Assembly: GCA_963802225.1 (NCBI GenBank)
Contig: CAWDHZ010000014.1
Coordinates: 4,877-68,876, forward strand
Length of the DNA: 64,000 bases
Source of the DNA: an uncultured delta proteobacterium
GTDB taxonomy: Bacteria > Desulfobacterota > Syntrophia > Syntrophales > UBA2192
Direction of reading: 5' to 3'
A program made the position numbers and the translations under genes. Shown piece after piece: positions 18,113 through 27,362 of the stretch; the stretch's first letter is position 1; the number at the start of each line of letters is the position of its first letter. The notes beneath the pieces are model-generated. The model was not told the DNA's origin, made no database searches, and saw nothing but the letters and a program-made list of their open reading frames with translations.

Positions 18113-18373
18113 CGTGGTTCCTCCTGAATCAACGCAGACGAATGGAATCGGGAATTTCGCGGATGAAACTACTTATTACTAAAGCATCCTGACTCGATGC
18201 CTTCCATCATCTTTATCCCGATATTCCCTCATCCTTTCTATTATTTCACTTCATCCTTACGCAGATGAAGATATTGGAAACGGATCCGCACATCGAAAGT
18301 GAATGGGATTGCGGCAAAGAAATATCGGGAAGCAAAAGCGAGACAGAAGCAATCAAAAACAAGGGGGCAGCGA

Positions 18374-19720
18374 TCAATCCTTTTTCTTTCTGAGCTTGTC
18401 GGCCACCTTCATTCCCGCATCGATGAGGCTCTTGTCGCGTCGCCTGTATTCCGAATGGGTATTCCCGACTTCACCGCCGATCTCCAGGTCAAAGGACGAT
18501 GACTTTCTGGAGGCGATGCGCTGCGAAGGAAAGACGCTCCGATGCCCGGTCATCAGAAAGCTGATGACGCAGGAGATCGCAGCATAGGGCGCGATTGCCG
18601 GTCCGAAAAGCTCTATGGCCAGGATGCTCATGGCAATCGGCGTATTGACGGCACCGGCGAGAACACTGACGAAGCCGATTGCGGCGAAGGTCATGCGGTC
18701 AAGCCCCAGGATCCCCCCGAAGAAACTGCCCGCCAGGGCCCCTGCACAGATCAGGGGTGCGATGATCCCGCCGCTCCCCCCGAATGCGAACGTGACGCCC
18801 GTGAAGACGATCTTGATGAGGAAGGCGTACCATGCGATCTCGACGCCTTGAAGGGCCCGGTGGGTAAGGTCGACACCCAGCCCCAGATAATCCGTTGAAA
18901 AAAGAAACGTCATCCCGATGAGGATCAGGCCCCCGATGATCCCATTGACAGGCCCCCAACGAAAAATCCGCTCCGCCATCTTCAAGCTCCATTGCAGCAT
19001 CTCTGTGGCGAAGACGGCGCAAATGCCGAAAAAGATACCTGCCACGATGACCACCCAGATAAACTCCTCGGATAGGTGGGGGATCGAGCCCAGGGGGACA
19101 TGAAGATATGTGATGCCCAGCAGGGTGGAGACATGATAGCTCGTGATCCCGGCAATGAATGACGGCAGGAGCACCTCGTAGAGGATGCTGCCCATGAAGA
19201 GGACTTCGAGGCCGAAGATGGCACCGGCTACGGGCGCGCCCAATACCGATGCGAATCCGGCGCTGATCCCGCAAATAACCAGCTTTTTGCGGTCGCCGTC
19301 GCCGAAACGAAGCAGGTCGGCCAGCAGGGAGGCCAGCGCGGCGCCGATCTGGGAGCAGGGGCCGATCTGTCCGACGGACCCGCCCGTTGAGGCCGTGATG
19401 ATCGTTGCCGCCAGCTTGGCAGGAATCACTTTTGCCCGGATTTTCCCGGACGATCGGTGGACGGCTTCGATCACCTTTTCCGTTCCGTACCCCTTGGCGT
19501 TGGGGTCCACATACCGGACGATGAGGCCGCTTACAAGCAACCCCAGGGGAAGAAGCAGGAAATAATAGGGGTAAGACGAGGCAATCCGGGTGCTCGAAGA
19601 CAGGATACGGATGAACAGAGCCGTCGATACACCTACCATCGCACCAACGACTGTCGCCAGTACAACCCACTTGAGAACACTGACAAAAAGAACAGATTCT
19701 TCGATCAGTTTCCCGCGCAA
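18374..19720 (-). CDS. ClC-family voltage-gated chloride channel/transporter homologue
   Basis: GYGTEKV, GGSVGQIGP, GAPVAGAIFGLEV and GGSGGIIAP motifs with about 10 TM segments. TTG start in the track; the true start is uncertain. Confidence 0.85.
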   Translation of the reverse strand: MRGKLIEESVLFVSVLKWVVLATVVGAMVGVSTALFIRILSSSTRIASSYPYYFLLLPLGLLVSGLIVRYVDPNAKGYGTEKVIEAVHRSSGKIRAKVIPAKLAATIITASTGGSVGQIGPCSQIGAALASLLADLLRFGDGDRKKLVICGISAGFASVLGAPVAGAIFGLEVLFMGSILYEVLLPSFIAGITSYHVSTLLGITYLHVPLGSIPHLSEEFIWVVIVAGIFFGICAVFATEMLQWSLKMAERIFRWGPVNGIIGGLILIGMTFLFSTDYLGLGVDLTHRALQGVEIAWYAFLIKIVFTGVTFAFGGSGGIIAPLICAGALAGSFFGGILGLDRMTFAAIGFVSVLAGAVNTPIAMSILAIELFGPAIAPYAAISCVISFLMTGHRSVFPSQRIASRKSSSFDLEIGGEVGNTHSEYRRRDKSLIDAGMKVADKLRKKKD

Positions 19721-19843
19721 TCCTGAGATCTATCCTTCATGACTATGTAGAACGTGGCAGGCTCTATGAGCCTGCCACGTCGATCCGATCCTCACACGAT
19801 CAGATCAGAGGTGAATAAAGAAGGAATTTTAAGGTTTGTTGTT

Positions 19844-20257
19844 TCACGGTGCTGCAGTCTTTCTGAGTTTGAACACGGTCACACTGTCCTTATCGCTGCC
19901 CGCGACAAACAGCATCAAGCGGTTTCCCGTTGTGATCTGTCCGATGCACACGTCCCCTGATAAAAGTCTGAAGTACAGATATTCATTGTTCAGGTCTATC
20001 GCGCCGGTGAATTGCACTCTGGTTTCATCCCGGCCTGTGCCGTTGACCAGGTAGCCTTTGTACTGTGTGCCATTTTGCTCCTCAATGACCAGTCTCATGC
20101 CACTGTAAAAAGGAACGAATCCTTGCTGAGAGACATGGCGTATGACCCTGCCGGTCCACGTTCCTTTCAGGTCGATGATTACGTCCTCGGCATATGCTGC
20201 ATGGCAAACCGCAATAGTGACCAAGCACGCAACGATCCCGGCGAACCATTTAATCAT
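19844..20257 (-). CDS. Hypothetical exported protein
   Basis: ORF 19844..20305 trimmed to MIKWFAGIVACLVTIAVCHAAYA (signal peptide). No motif recognised. AT-rich. Confidence 0.4.
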   Translation of the reverse strand: MIKWFAGIVACLVTIAVCHAAYAEDVIIDLKGTWTGRVIRHVSQQGFVPFYSGMRLVIEEQNGTQYKGYLVNGTGRDETRVQFTGAIDLNNEYLYFRLLSGDVCIGQITTGNRLMLFVAGSDKDSVTVFKLRKTAAP

Positions 20258-20492
20258 ACTGAAATACCGCCAATATAGTTTTTTATTTGTTGATATATAT
20301 AACATTTTTGCTTTACTTATGCATCAATTATTTGTAGACAACCTAATTAATGGGAACATGAGAAAAAGGCAGCTATCGACCGGGGGCCAGATCAAGATCA
20401 TTCAAGGATTCTTGATAGATCCAGCCTTCCGATTCGGCAAAACACGAAGCCATGAAACCGGCCTTACGGAATGGGACATTGAGGGGTGACGC

Positions 20493-21158
20493 ATGAAAAA
20501 AACAGCCATCATAATCATGTCTGCCGTTTTTGTCCTTGCTTGGAATATGACGGCTCTATCGGTGGTCTTCGCCCAGACGATGAGCAGGCAGTCGACTTCG
20601 GGAAATGGGACCAGGTCGAACACGTGGTCCGCCGATGCGACAGAGGAACCGCAGACAGGCAGCCAACATAGCGTATGGCTCCAGGGTGACGTACGGCAGC
20701 AGGAGCAACTGATGGGATGCTACAGGCTGTCCTCCGACCTCGAACGGCATGCCCGGGACATGTACGCATCGCTGTCAAAGAAACCGGTCGACTGGCAGGA
20801 AGTCAGGAATCATTACGCGGATATAAATAAAGGGAGCCGGTTCCTTATGATCAAACACGAGGAATTCGAATCGGGACTCAACAACGGGCAGCGCTCGTGG
20901 TGGGAGAACCGGCTGCGAGAAATCGTTGCTGTGGAATTCAAGCTTCAGGCACGGATGGGGGCAATTGAGGGTGAACTTAAGGAGCTGTCGACAATGCCTG
21001 CCAGTATAACAAATCTGTTCAATGATCTGTGGAGGCTGTTCAGAGAGTGGAAAAATTACTATGGCCTGATGGGTGCTGATATGGATATCCAGAATATAGA
21101 CCAGAAATCGACAGGTGCAATCAGGGGGCTGTCGGGTACTCAGAATCCTGGAAGATAA
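20493..21158 (+). CDS. Hypothetical exported protein
   Basis: Signal peptide MKKTAIIIMSAVFVLAWNMTALSVVFA followed by a helical 190-aa body. No family recognised. Confidence 0.45.
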   Translation: MKKTAIIIMSAVFVLAWNMTALSVVFAQTMSRQSTSGNGTRSNTWSADATEEPQTGSQHSVWLQGDVRQQEQLMGCYRLSSDLERHARDMYASLSKKPVDWQEVRNHYADINKGSRFLMIKHEEFESGLNNGQRSWWENRLREIVAVEFKLQARMGAIEGELKELSTMPASITNLFNDLWRLFREWKNYYGLMGADMDIQNIDQKSTGAIRGLSGTQNPGR

Positions 21159-21306
21159 ACGGATCACGGCAATCGGGTGCAGCTTATTCCGATGACAATG
21201 TTCACCTCCAATGATGACCCGAGGTTTCCATCGAAGAAAAGGTTGAGGTAGAAGCAAGAGAAGCGCAGGGATACAAATAGAAGGGAGAAACCTCAAGGAT
21301 AAATTT

Positions 21307-21810
21307 ATGACCGATAAAGACAGGGTGATCGCCGAGATCGTGGATGATTTGAGACGAATCTTTCAGGCAGTCCATTCGTACACCAGGAGGGCAAAGAAGG
21401 AGTCGGGGCTGACAGGTCCGCAGCTCTGGGCGATCAAAATGATTGCAGATTCGGGATCGATCCGGGTATCAGACCTTTCCAGGAAGATGTATCTGCATCC
21501 GGCGACCGTCATTGGCATATTGGATCGGCTGACGCGCCTTGGCCTGATTAAAAAAACTCGTTCACGCAAGGACCGTCGCGTCGTGCATGTAAGCCTGACA
21601 AAAGCAGGAAAAGAGGTAGTCGGACGATCGCCGGAAGTGGCTCAGGGCATGATCGTCTCGGGACTGGAGGCTTTGTCTGCCCAGAGGCTCGGCAAGATTT
21701 CCGACGGCATGAGGGAAATGGTAAGAATTTTACAGGCACAGGAGCTGCCGCCGAAATTGCTTCTGTCACGGGAGGTAAATGTCCCCGTTAATGCTCCGGG
21801 AAGGGGATAA
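21307..21810 (+). CDS. MarR-family transcriptional regulator
   Basis: LTGPQLWAIKMIADSGSIRVSDLSRKMYLHPATVIGILDRLTRLGLIKKTRSRKDRRVVHVSLTKAGKE is a canonical MarR wHTH. Confidence 0.85.
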   Translation: MTDKDRVIAEIVDDLRRIFQAVHSYTRRAKKESGLTGPQLWAIKMIADSGSIRVSDLSRKMYLHPATVIGILDRLTRLGLIKKTRSRKDRRVVHVSLTKAGKEVVGRSPEVAQGMIVSGLEALSAQRLGKISDGMREMVRILQAQELPPKLLLSREVNVPVNAPGRG

Positions 21811-22172
21811 CGACATGGGGTGCCCTTCTGCGAGAGCAACCGATAAATAGGGATAGTGAAAACATCGTTCATTCTATGCTCTTTTTAGTAAAGGGTTCAG
21901 ACTTTTTTCTAGAGGAAGCATCAAGTCCGGTCGGGCCGGCGGCTTTTGCACTCGCCCCATCCATCTTCGGTAATCGATCATGAAAATGAGATGGAATATG
22001 CCATCTTGGAATTGGAAAACAATTAGGTTAGAATAGGACCATGTTTCCACAGCTCCATCCATTGGACGCTTCTTTCCCTTTCACCTCGTCCGACACCCTG
22101 AGTGAGTCGAATAACCGCGGGTGAAGACCCGGCCCATTTCAAGGCAACAAACGGCTGATCAAGGAGGTCGTG

Positions 22173-23660
22173 ATGGATGCTCGATCCCTGGGGGGACTCG
22201 TCTCCCGTATCGCGAAAGGCGCAAAGGTCGTCATCGTCTCGAACAGGGAGCCTTGCATGCACGAGCGAGACGTGGGCGGCATCCGCGTCGTCCGCCCGGC
22301 AAGCGGGATGGTGGCCGCCCTGGAGCCCATCGTCCGGGCGACAGGCGGAACCTGGGTTGCCCACGGGTCAGGCTCTGCCGACCGCCTCGTCACCGACGAA
22401 AAGGGGAGGATCGCTCTGCCCCCCGAAGACCCCCGGTACACACTCAGGCGGGTCTGGCTGACCAGGAAGGAAGAGGAGGGCTACTACTACAACCTTTCCA
22501 ACAGGGCCCTGTGGCCCCTCTGTCACATTGTCTACACAAGACCCCGTTTCTCCCGGACCGACTGGGAAACGTACAGGGAAGTGAACAAACGCTTCTGTGA
22601 TGCGGTCCTCGAGGAGGTCGAGGGAGGGCCCGCCATCGTCTTTATCCAGGACTACCACCTCGCCCTGCTGTCCCGGATGCTCAGGAACGCAAGGCCGGAT
22701 CTCCTGCTCGTCCAGTTCTGGCACATCCCCTGGCCCAACCGAGAGGCCTTCCGGATCTTCCCTTGGGGGGAGGAGCTTCTCGACGGACTCCTTGGAAACG
22801 ACATTATGGGCTTCCACATCCAGTATCACTGCAGCAATTTCATGAACACGGTGGACCGGGGAATCGAGGCGAAGGTCGATTACGAGCATTACCGGATCTT
22901 CCGCGGCGGCAGACCCACGCATGTCCGGGCCTTCCCGATCAGCGTCGACTTCAATCAGATCGGCCAGGACGTGACGTCACGGCGGGTCGAGGATAAACGG
23001 GAGAGCTTTATCAAGGAGCTCGGCGAAGGAATCCTGGAGACGAAGATCTATGTCGGGGCGGACCGCATCGACTATACCAAGGGCATCCCGGAGCGGATGA
23101 AGGGATTCGATCTCATGCTGAAGGATCATCCGGAACTCCGGGGCAAGGTCACCCTTCTTCAGCTGGCGGCACCCAGCAGGACACACTTAGAGGCGTACCG
23201 GGATATCAACGAAGAACTGGACGAGCTTGTCGACGAGATCAACTGGCGCCACCAGACCGAGGACTGGACGCCCATCCGGTTCCTGAGGGCCCATCACGAT
23301 TATTATGCTGTCCTGGCCTCTTACAGGTTGGCCAATGTGGTCATGGTCACCTCCCTTCACGACGGCATGAACCTCGTTGCCAAGGAATTCATCTCCGCCA
23401 GGACCGACGGCGACGGGGCTCTTTTGCTCTCCCAGTACACGGGGGCGGCCCGGGAGCTTCCCGATGCCATCCTCGTGAACCCTTACGACCTCGACGAGCT
23501 TGCCGATGCGATGCACGAGGCCTTCCTCATGCCGGAGAAGGAGCGGAAGAAACGGATGAAGCGGATGCGGGCGCAGGTCCAGAAGCACACGGTCTATGAT
23601 TGGGGCGCGAAAATCTTCGAAGAGTTGGAAGACATTCTTCCCGGGAAGGAGGTCACGTAG
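22173..23660 (+). CDS. otsA: Trehalose-6-phosphate synthase (GT20)
   Basis: VIVSNREP...GGMVAALEP...YYYNLSNRALWPLCH...TSLHDGMNLVAKEF. ATG 22173 lies 5 nt after AAGGAGG (the track starts at GTG 22170). Confidence 0.9.
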   Translation: MDARSLGGLVSRIAKGAKVVIVSNREPCMHERDVGGIRVVRPASGMVAALEPIVRATGGTWVAHGSGSADRLVTDEKGRIALPPEDPRYTLRRVWLTRKEEEGYYYNLSNRALWPLCHIVYTRPRFSRTDWETYREVNKRFCDAVLEEVEGGPAIVFIQDYHLALLSRMLRNARPDLLLVQFWHIPWPNREAFRIFPWGEELLDGLLGNDIMGFHIQYHCSNFMNTVDRGIEAKVDYEHYRIFRGGRPTHVRAFPISVDFNQIGQDVTSRRVEDKRESFIKELGEGILETKIYVGADRIDYTKGIPERMKGFDLMLKDHPELRGKVTLLQLAAPSRTHLEAYRDINEELDELVDEINWRHQTEDWTPIRFLRAHHDYYAVLASYRLANVVMVTSLHDGMNLVAKEFISARTDGDGALLLSQYTGAARELPDAILVNPYDLDELADAMHEAFLMPEKERKKRMKRMRAQVQKHTVYDWGAKIFEELEDILPGKEVT

Positions 23661-24433
23661 TGCCGTCAACGGAGATTCCCCTGCAGCGGCTATGGGTATT
23701 CGATTTCGACGGAACCCTGTCCCCCCTGGTGCCCGATCGGGATACCGCAGCGCTTCTTCCCGAAGGCAGGGAGTTGCTGTCGGCACTTGTGAGGCTGCCC
23801 CGGCAGGGCGTGGCCATACTCTCGAGCAGGCTGCTCGACGATCTGATCCCGAGAGTGGACCTGGACGGGCTCTACCTGGGAGGCGGCAGCGGCGCCGAGT
23901 GGCTTTTGCCAAACGGGGAGCGCAGGATCGCGGAAAACAAAACGCAGCGGCTGGAGAGTGCCAGAAATGCCGTCATGCCGGAACTTGCAACGCTGTCGGG
24001 TATCCAGGGTGTCGATCTGGAGGACAAAAAGTGGTCTGTCGCCATTCATGTAAGACACGTGTCGCCCGATGACCGGAAACGGGTATTCGATTTTCTTTCG
24101 GCGCTGAGCCGCACCACCGGCATTCGTATGCTCCGGGGCCCGGAGGTTTTTGAAATCCAGCTTCTGCCGGAGATCGACAAGCTTTTCGGCGTCAGGGTCC
24201 TTTGCGGGATGCTCAATTTTGTGCCTGCGCAAGGTTCACTGGTGTATGCCGGTGACGATGAAAACGATGCAATCGTCATGGACTGGGTGCTCCGGAATGG
24301 GGGAGTTGCCCTGACCGTCGGGCGAGTTCCACTCGTCCCAGGGGCACTGGTTCTTGAACACCCGGCAGCCCTGGTGTCGGAAGTCAGCAGGCTGGCCGGT
24401 CTGCGAGCAACGAGACAGGAGGTGGCAACATGA
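23660..24433 (+). CDS. otsB: Trehalose-6-phosphate phosphatase (HAD-IIB)
   Basis: LWVFDFDGTLSPLV...YAGDDENDA. I prefer the GTG at 23660 (GGAGG 7 nt upstream, 1-nt overlap with the otsA TAG) over the track ATG 23600. Confidence 0.8.
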   Translation: MPSTEIPLQRLWVFDFDGTLSPLVPDRDTAALLPEGRELLSALVRLPRQGVAILSSRLLDDLIPRVDLDGLYLGGGSGAEWLLPNGERRIAENKTQRLESARNAVMPELATLSGIQGVDLEDKKWSVAIHVRHVSPDDRKRVFDFLSALSRTTGIRMLRGPEVFEIQLLPEIDKLFGVRVLCGMLNFVPAQGSLVYAGDDENDAIVMDWVLRNGGVALTVGRVPLVPGALVLEHPAALVSEVSRLAGLRATRQEVAT

Positions 24434-25101
24434 ATCCATTTGAAATCAAGGACTGTGCGCTTTTGACGCGGATGAGCGGCTTGCCGCCGGCCTTCAACCT
24501 TCGCGAATTGCGGGACCGCATCCTGTCGTGCAGTTGCGATGTCCTGTACCACCACTACTGCGAGACCCTGCTGGTCCCCTCTTTCGATTATCCGGATTAC
24601 CGAAACGATTTTGCCATCTGGGCGAAATGGAGGCTCGGCGATGAGACCCTGGCCGAGCGCCTCGGGATGATCGATCCCTATATTTTTGCATCCATGGAGG
24701 AGCTCCGAGCCGTTACCCTGGAGATCATCGAGGACCGCCTCAGCGAGGTCAGCATGATTCCCTGGGCCCGGCCGGGGCATGAGTTTTATCTCATGCAGGC
24801 GATCACCGTGTCCTTCGACACGGGGGAGAGGGTCGCGCACCCGGACGAACTTGCCGCGGCCGTCGACCGGATGACCGGGGGCAGCATCTACGTCCATATC
24901 CTGGAGGCCAGAAGGCGGAAACCGATCGGTCTGGATGACTTTTCCGCATGGCTCAGCGGGTTGGAGGGAAACTGGGAGCATTATATCACGGCCATACGGG
25001 CCATTGATTTCACGTTTCACTCGCTGAGCGAGATCCGTCGGGAACTGGTGGAAGCCCTCACCGATGCCCGTGATCGCAAACCGAAGGAGAAGAGCCGATG
25101 A
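24430..25101 (+). CDS. Conserved-looking hypothetical protein, translationally coupled between otsB and the TreT-like gene
   Basis: 223 aa with ATGA overlaps at both ends (24430-24433 and 25098-25101). No catalytic motif that I recognise. Confidence 0.5.
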   Translation: MNPFEIKDCALLTRMSGLPPAFNLRELRDRILSCSCDVLYHHYCETLLVPSFDYPDYRNDFAIWAKWRLGDETLAERLGMIDPYIFASMEELRAVTLEIIEDRLSEVSMIPWARPGHEFYLMQAITVSFDTGERVAHPDELAAAVDRMTGGSIYVHILEARRRKPIGLDDFSAWLSGLEGNWEHYITAIRAIDFTFHSLSEIRRELVEALTDARDRKPKEKSR

Positions 25102-26336
25102 ATCAATTTCTTGAAGCCTATACCGACATCGTGGGTTCCCCTGCCATCCGGCAGTTGCATCAGCTGGCGGAAAAACTTCGGGGACTCGAGGTCGTCCACG
25201 TCAACTCCACGTCGGAGGGAGGGGGTGTGGCGGAAATCCTGGCCTGGATGACACCGCTGATGTGCGATCTGGGTCTCGATGCGAAATGGAAGGTGATCCG
25301 CGGCACGCCGGGATTTTTTGCCATGACCAAGTCTATTCACAACGGGCTGCAGGGAAAGAGCGTCGCCCTGACGAAGAAAGACTGGGATACCTATTTCGAC
25401 GTCAATGCAGAGAACCTCGCCGAGTTGAAGGGGCCGCTCGAGAATGCCGACATCGTCGTCATCCATGATCCCCAGCCGGCGCCTCTTCTGCAGCTCTGTC
25501 CGGAGCGGAAGGGCAAGTGGATCTGGCGGGCTCACATCGACGTGAGCCGCCCGGACCGGCATGTGTGGAAGTCCCTGCGCTCCTACGTGGAAAAATACGA
25601 TGCCAGCATTTTCTCCATGTGCCAGTATGCCCAGGCTCTGCCCCACCCCCAGTTCATCGTCGCCCCGAGCATCGATCCCCTGAGCGACAAGAACATCGAC
25701 CTGGGTCCGGCAGAGATCGAAAAGGTCAGGGCCCAGTTCCGCCTGGACCCCGACCGCCCGCTTCTCGTGCAGATTTCACGGTTCGACCGCTTCAAGGACC
25801 CTGTCGGTGTCATCGAGGCCTACCGCCTGATCCGGAAGGTGCTGCCCGTGCAGCTTGTCCTGGCCGGCGGCGGGGCATCGGACGACCCGGAAGGGAATGA
25901 GATCCTCGACGAGGTGAGGGAGGCCGCCGGCAATGATCCCGACGTTCACATCCTTCTTCTCCCGCCGGATGCGCACCGGACGATCAACGCCCTTCAGCGG
26001 CTGGCCGACATCATCATCCAGAAATCGACCCGGGAGGGCTTCGGCCTCACCGTCACGGAAGGGCTCTGGAAAGGCAAGCCCGTGATTGGCGGCGACGTGG
26101 GAGGCATCAAGCTTCAGGTGACCAACCACTACACCGGCTATCTCGTCAATACACCGGAGGGCGCGGCTCACCGGATCCGTTTTCTTCTTCACCACCGGGA
26201 GCAGATGCAGACGATGGGGAAGACGGCGCGGGAATTCGTCCGGGAGAATTTCCTGCTGACCCGCCATCTCCGCGAATACCTGACTCTTTTCACCTGGCTT
26301 CTCAGCGGAGAGGGCAGGCACACGATCAGGGTTTGA
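25098..26336 (+). CDS. treT: Trehalose glycosyltransferring synthase TreT-like glycosyltransferase (GT4)
   Basis: VVHVNSTSEGGGVAEIL...FFAMTKSIHNGLQG...HDPQPAPL...SIDPLSDKN...ISRFDRFKDP...STREGFGLTVTEGLWKGKPVIGGDVGGIKLQV tracks archaeal/thermophile TreT along the whole length, as I recall it. Confidence 0.75.
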   Translation: MNQFLEAYTDIVGSPAIRQLHQLAEKLRGLEVVHVNSTSEGGGVAEILAWMTPLMCDLGLDAKWKVIRGTPGFFAMTKSIHNGLQGKSVALTKKDWDTYFDVNAENLAELKGPLENADIVVIHDPQPAPLLQLCPERKGKWIWRAHIDVSRPDRHVWKSLRSYVEKYDASIFSMCQYAQALPHPQFIVAPSIDPLSDKNIDLGPAEIEKVRAQFRLDPDRPLLVQISRFDRFKDPVGVIEAYRLIRKVLPVQLVLAGGGASDDPEGNEILDEVREAAGNDPDVHILLLPPDAHRTINALQRLADIIIQKSTREGFGLTVTEGLWKGKPVIGGDVGGIKLQVTNHYTGYLVNTPEGAAHRIRFLLHHREQMQTMGKTAREFVRENFLLTRHLREYLTLFTWLLSGEGRHTIRV

Positions 26337-26503
26337 TGTCATGAAGGTTCTTGCGGGATCGAGGGTCAGAGAGGGTATGGAGACGCTCATTCCCGGGAGC
26401 CCCGGCGACAGGGCAACCTGAACGGACGCCATCGGCAGAAAATGGAAACGTTCGCGACCCGAACGCGGGCGTATTGAGGGTTTCCTGTGACGATGGTATT
26501 ATT

Positions 26504-27337
26504 ATGAGACGTATGAGACGGGCGATCATCATTTTTACGGATCTGGACGGGAGCCTGCTGGACCACGACGGGTACTCCTACACAGGCGCCATACCCGCAC
26601 TGAAAATGATCCGAAGGCAAGCCATCCCCCTTGTCTTCGTGACGAGCAAGACCCGGGGGGAGGTCGAGCGCCTGCACGGGGAGATGGACATCCGGGAGCC
26701 CTTCATCGCCGAGAACGGCGGAGGGATCTTCTTCCCCGCGGGATACGGGGGCTTCCGGATTCCGGGAGCGATCGAGCAGGGGTCCTTTGCCCTGATCCTG
26801 CTGGGGAGACCCTACGCCGAGATCCGGCGGTTCGTGGAGGGCGCCAGAGAGCGTTACAGGATTCGCGGATTAGGAGACATGAGCCTGGGGGAAATCGTTT
26901 CGATCACGGGCCTCACCCCGGAGCAGGCCCGTCTCTCGAAGGAGCGGGAATTCACGGAGCCCTTCCTGATGGCAGACCCGGAGAAACTCGCCGCCTTGCG
27001 CGAGGAGGCCCGCGTCGCAGGTTTCAAGATCACCCGCGGGGGGCGCTTCTTTCACCTGATCGGTATCGCGCAGGACAAGGGTGAGGCCGTGAAGTGGACA
27101 ATGGAAATCTTCCGGGACAACCTCGGGGAGGAACTGCTGAGCGTAGGCCTCGGCGACCGGCCCAACGATTTCCCCATGCTCTCCGCAGTGGATATCGCCG
27201 TCCTGATGCCCCACCCGGACGGCCGTTACGAGGATTTTACCCTGCCGCGGCTGATGAAGGCCCCCTGTCCGGGAAGCCGGGGTTGGAACGAGGCCATCAC
27301 GGGCATCCTCGATGGACTGAAGGCGGAGACAAAATGA
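26504..27337 (+). CDS. Mannosyl-3-phosphoglycerate-phosphatase-family HAD-IIB phosphatase (MpgP/MggB-like)
   Basis: ORF 26351..27337 trimmed to ATG 26504. IIFTDLDGSLLDH...PLVFVTSKTRGEV...FIAENGG...GLGDRPNDFPML. Confidence 0.75.
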   Translation: MRRMRRAIIIFTDLDGSLLDHDGYSYTGAIPALKMIRRQAIPLVFVTSKTRGEVERLHGEMDIREPFIAENGGGIFFPAGYGGFRIPGAIEQGSFALILLGRPYAEIRRFVEGARERYRIRGLGDMSLGEIVSITGLTPEQARLSKEREFTEPFLMADPEKLAALREEARVAGFKITRGGRFFHLIGIAQDKGEAVKWTMEIFRDNLGEELLSVGLGDRPNDFPMLSAVDIAVLMPHPDGRYEDFTLPRLMKAPCPGSRGWNEAITGILDGLKAETK

Positions 27338-27362
27338 ATCGGACAAGGAGGAAGCGATCACC

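Noticed and set aside
19721-19843. Fluoride (crcB-motif) riboswitch upstream of the ClC gene
   Set aside because: I could not find the conserved crcB-motif core by eye. Only the perfect palindrome is present.
23187-25646. Minus-strand ORFs 23187..23912, 24046..25020 and 25017..25646
   Set aside because: They are antisense to otsA/otsB, the coupled unknown ORF and the TreT-like gene. The plus-strand genes are translationally coupled and motif-bearing.
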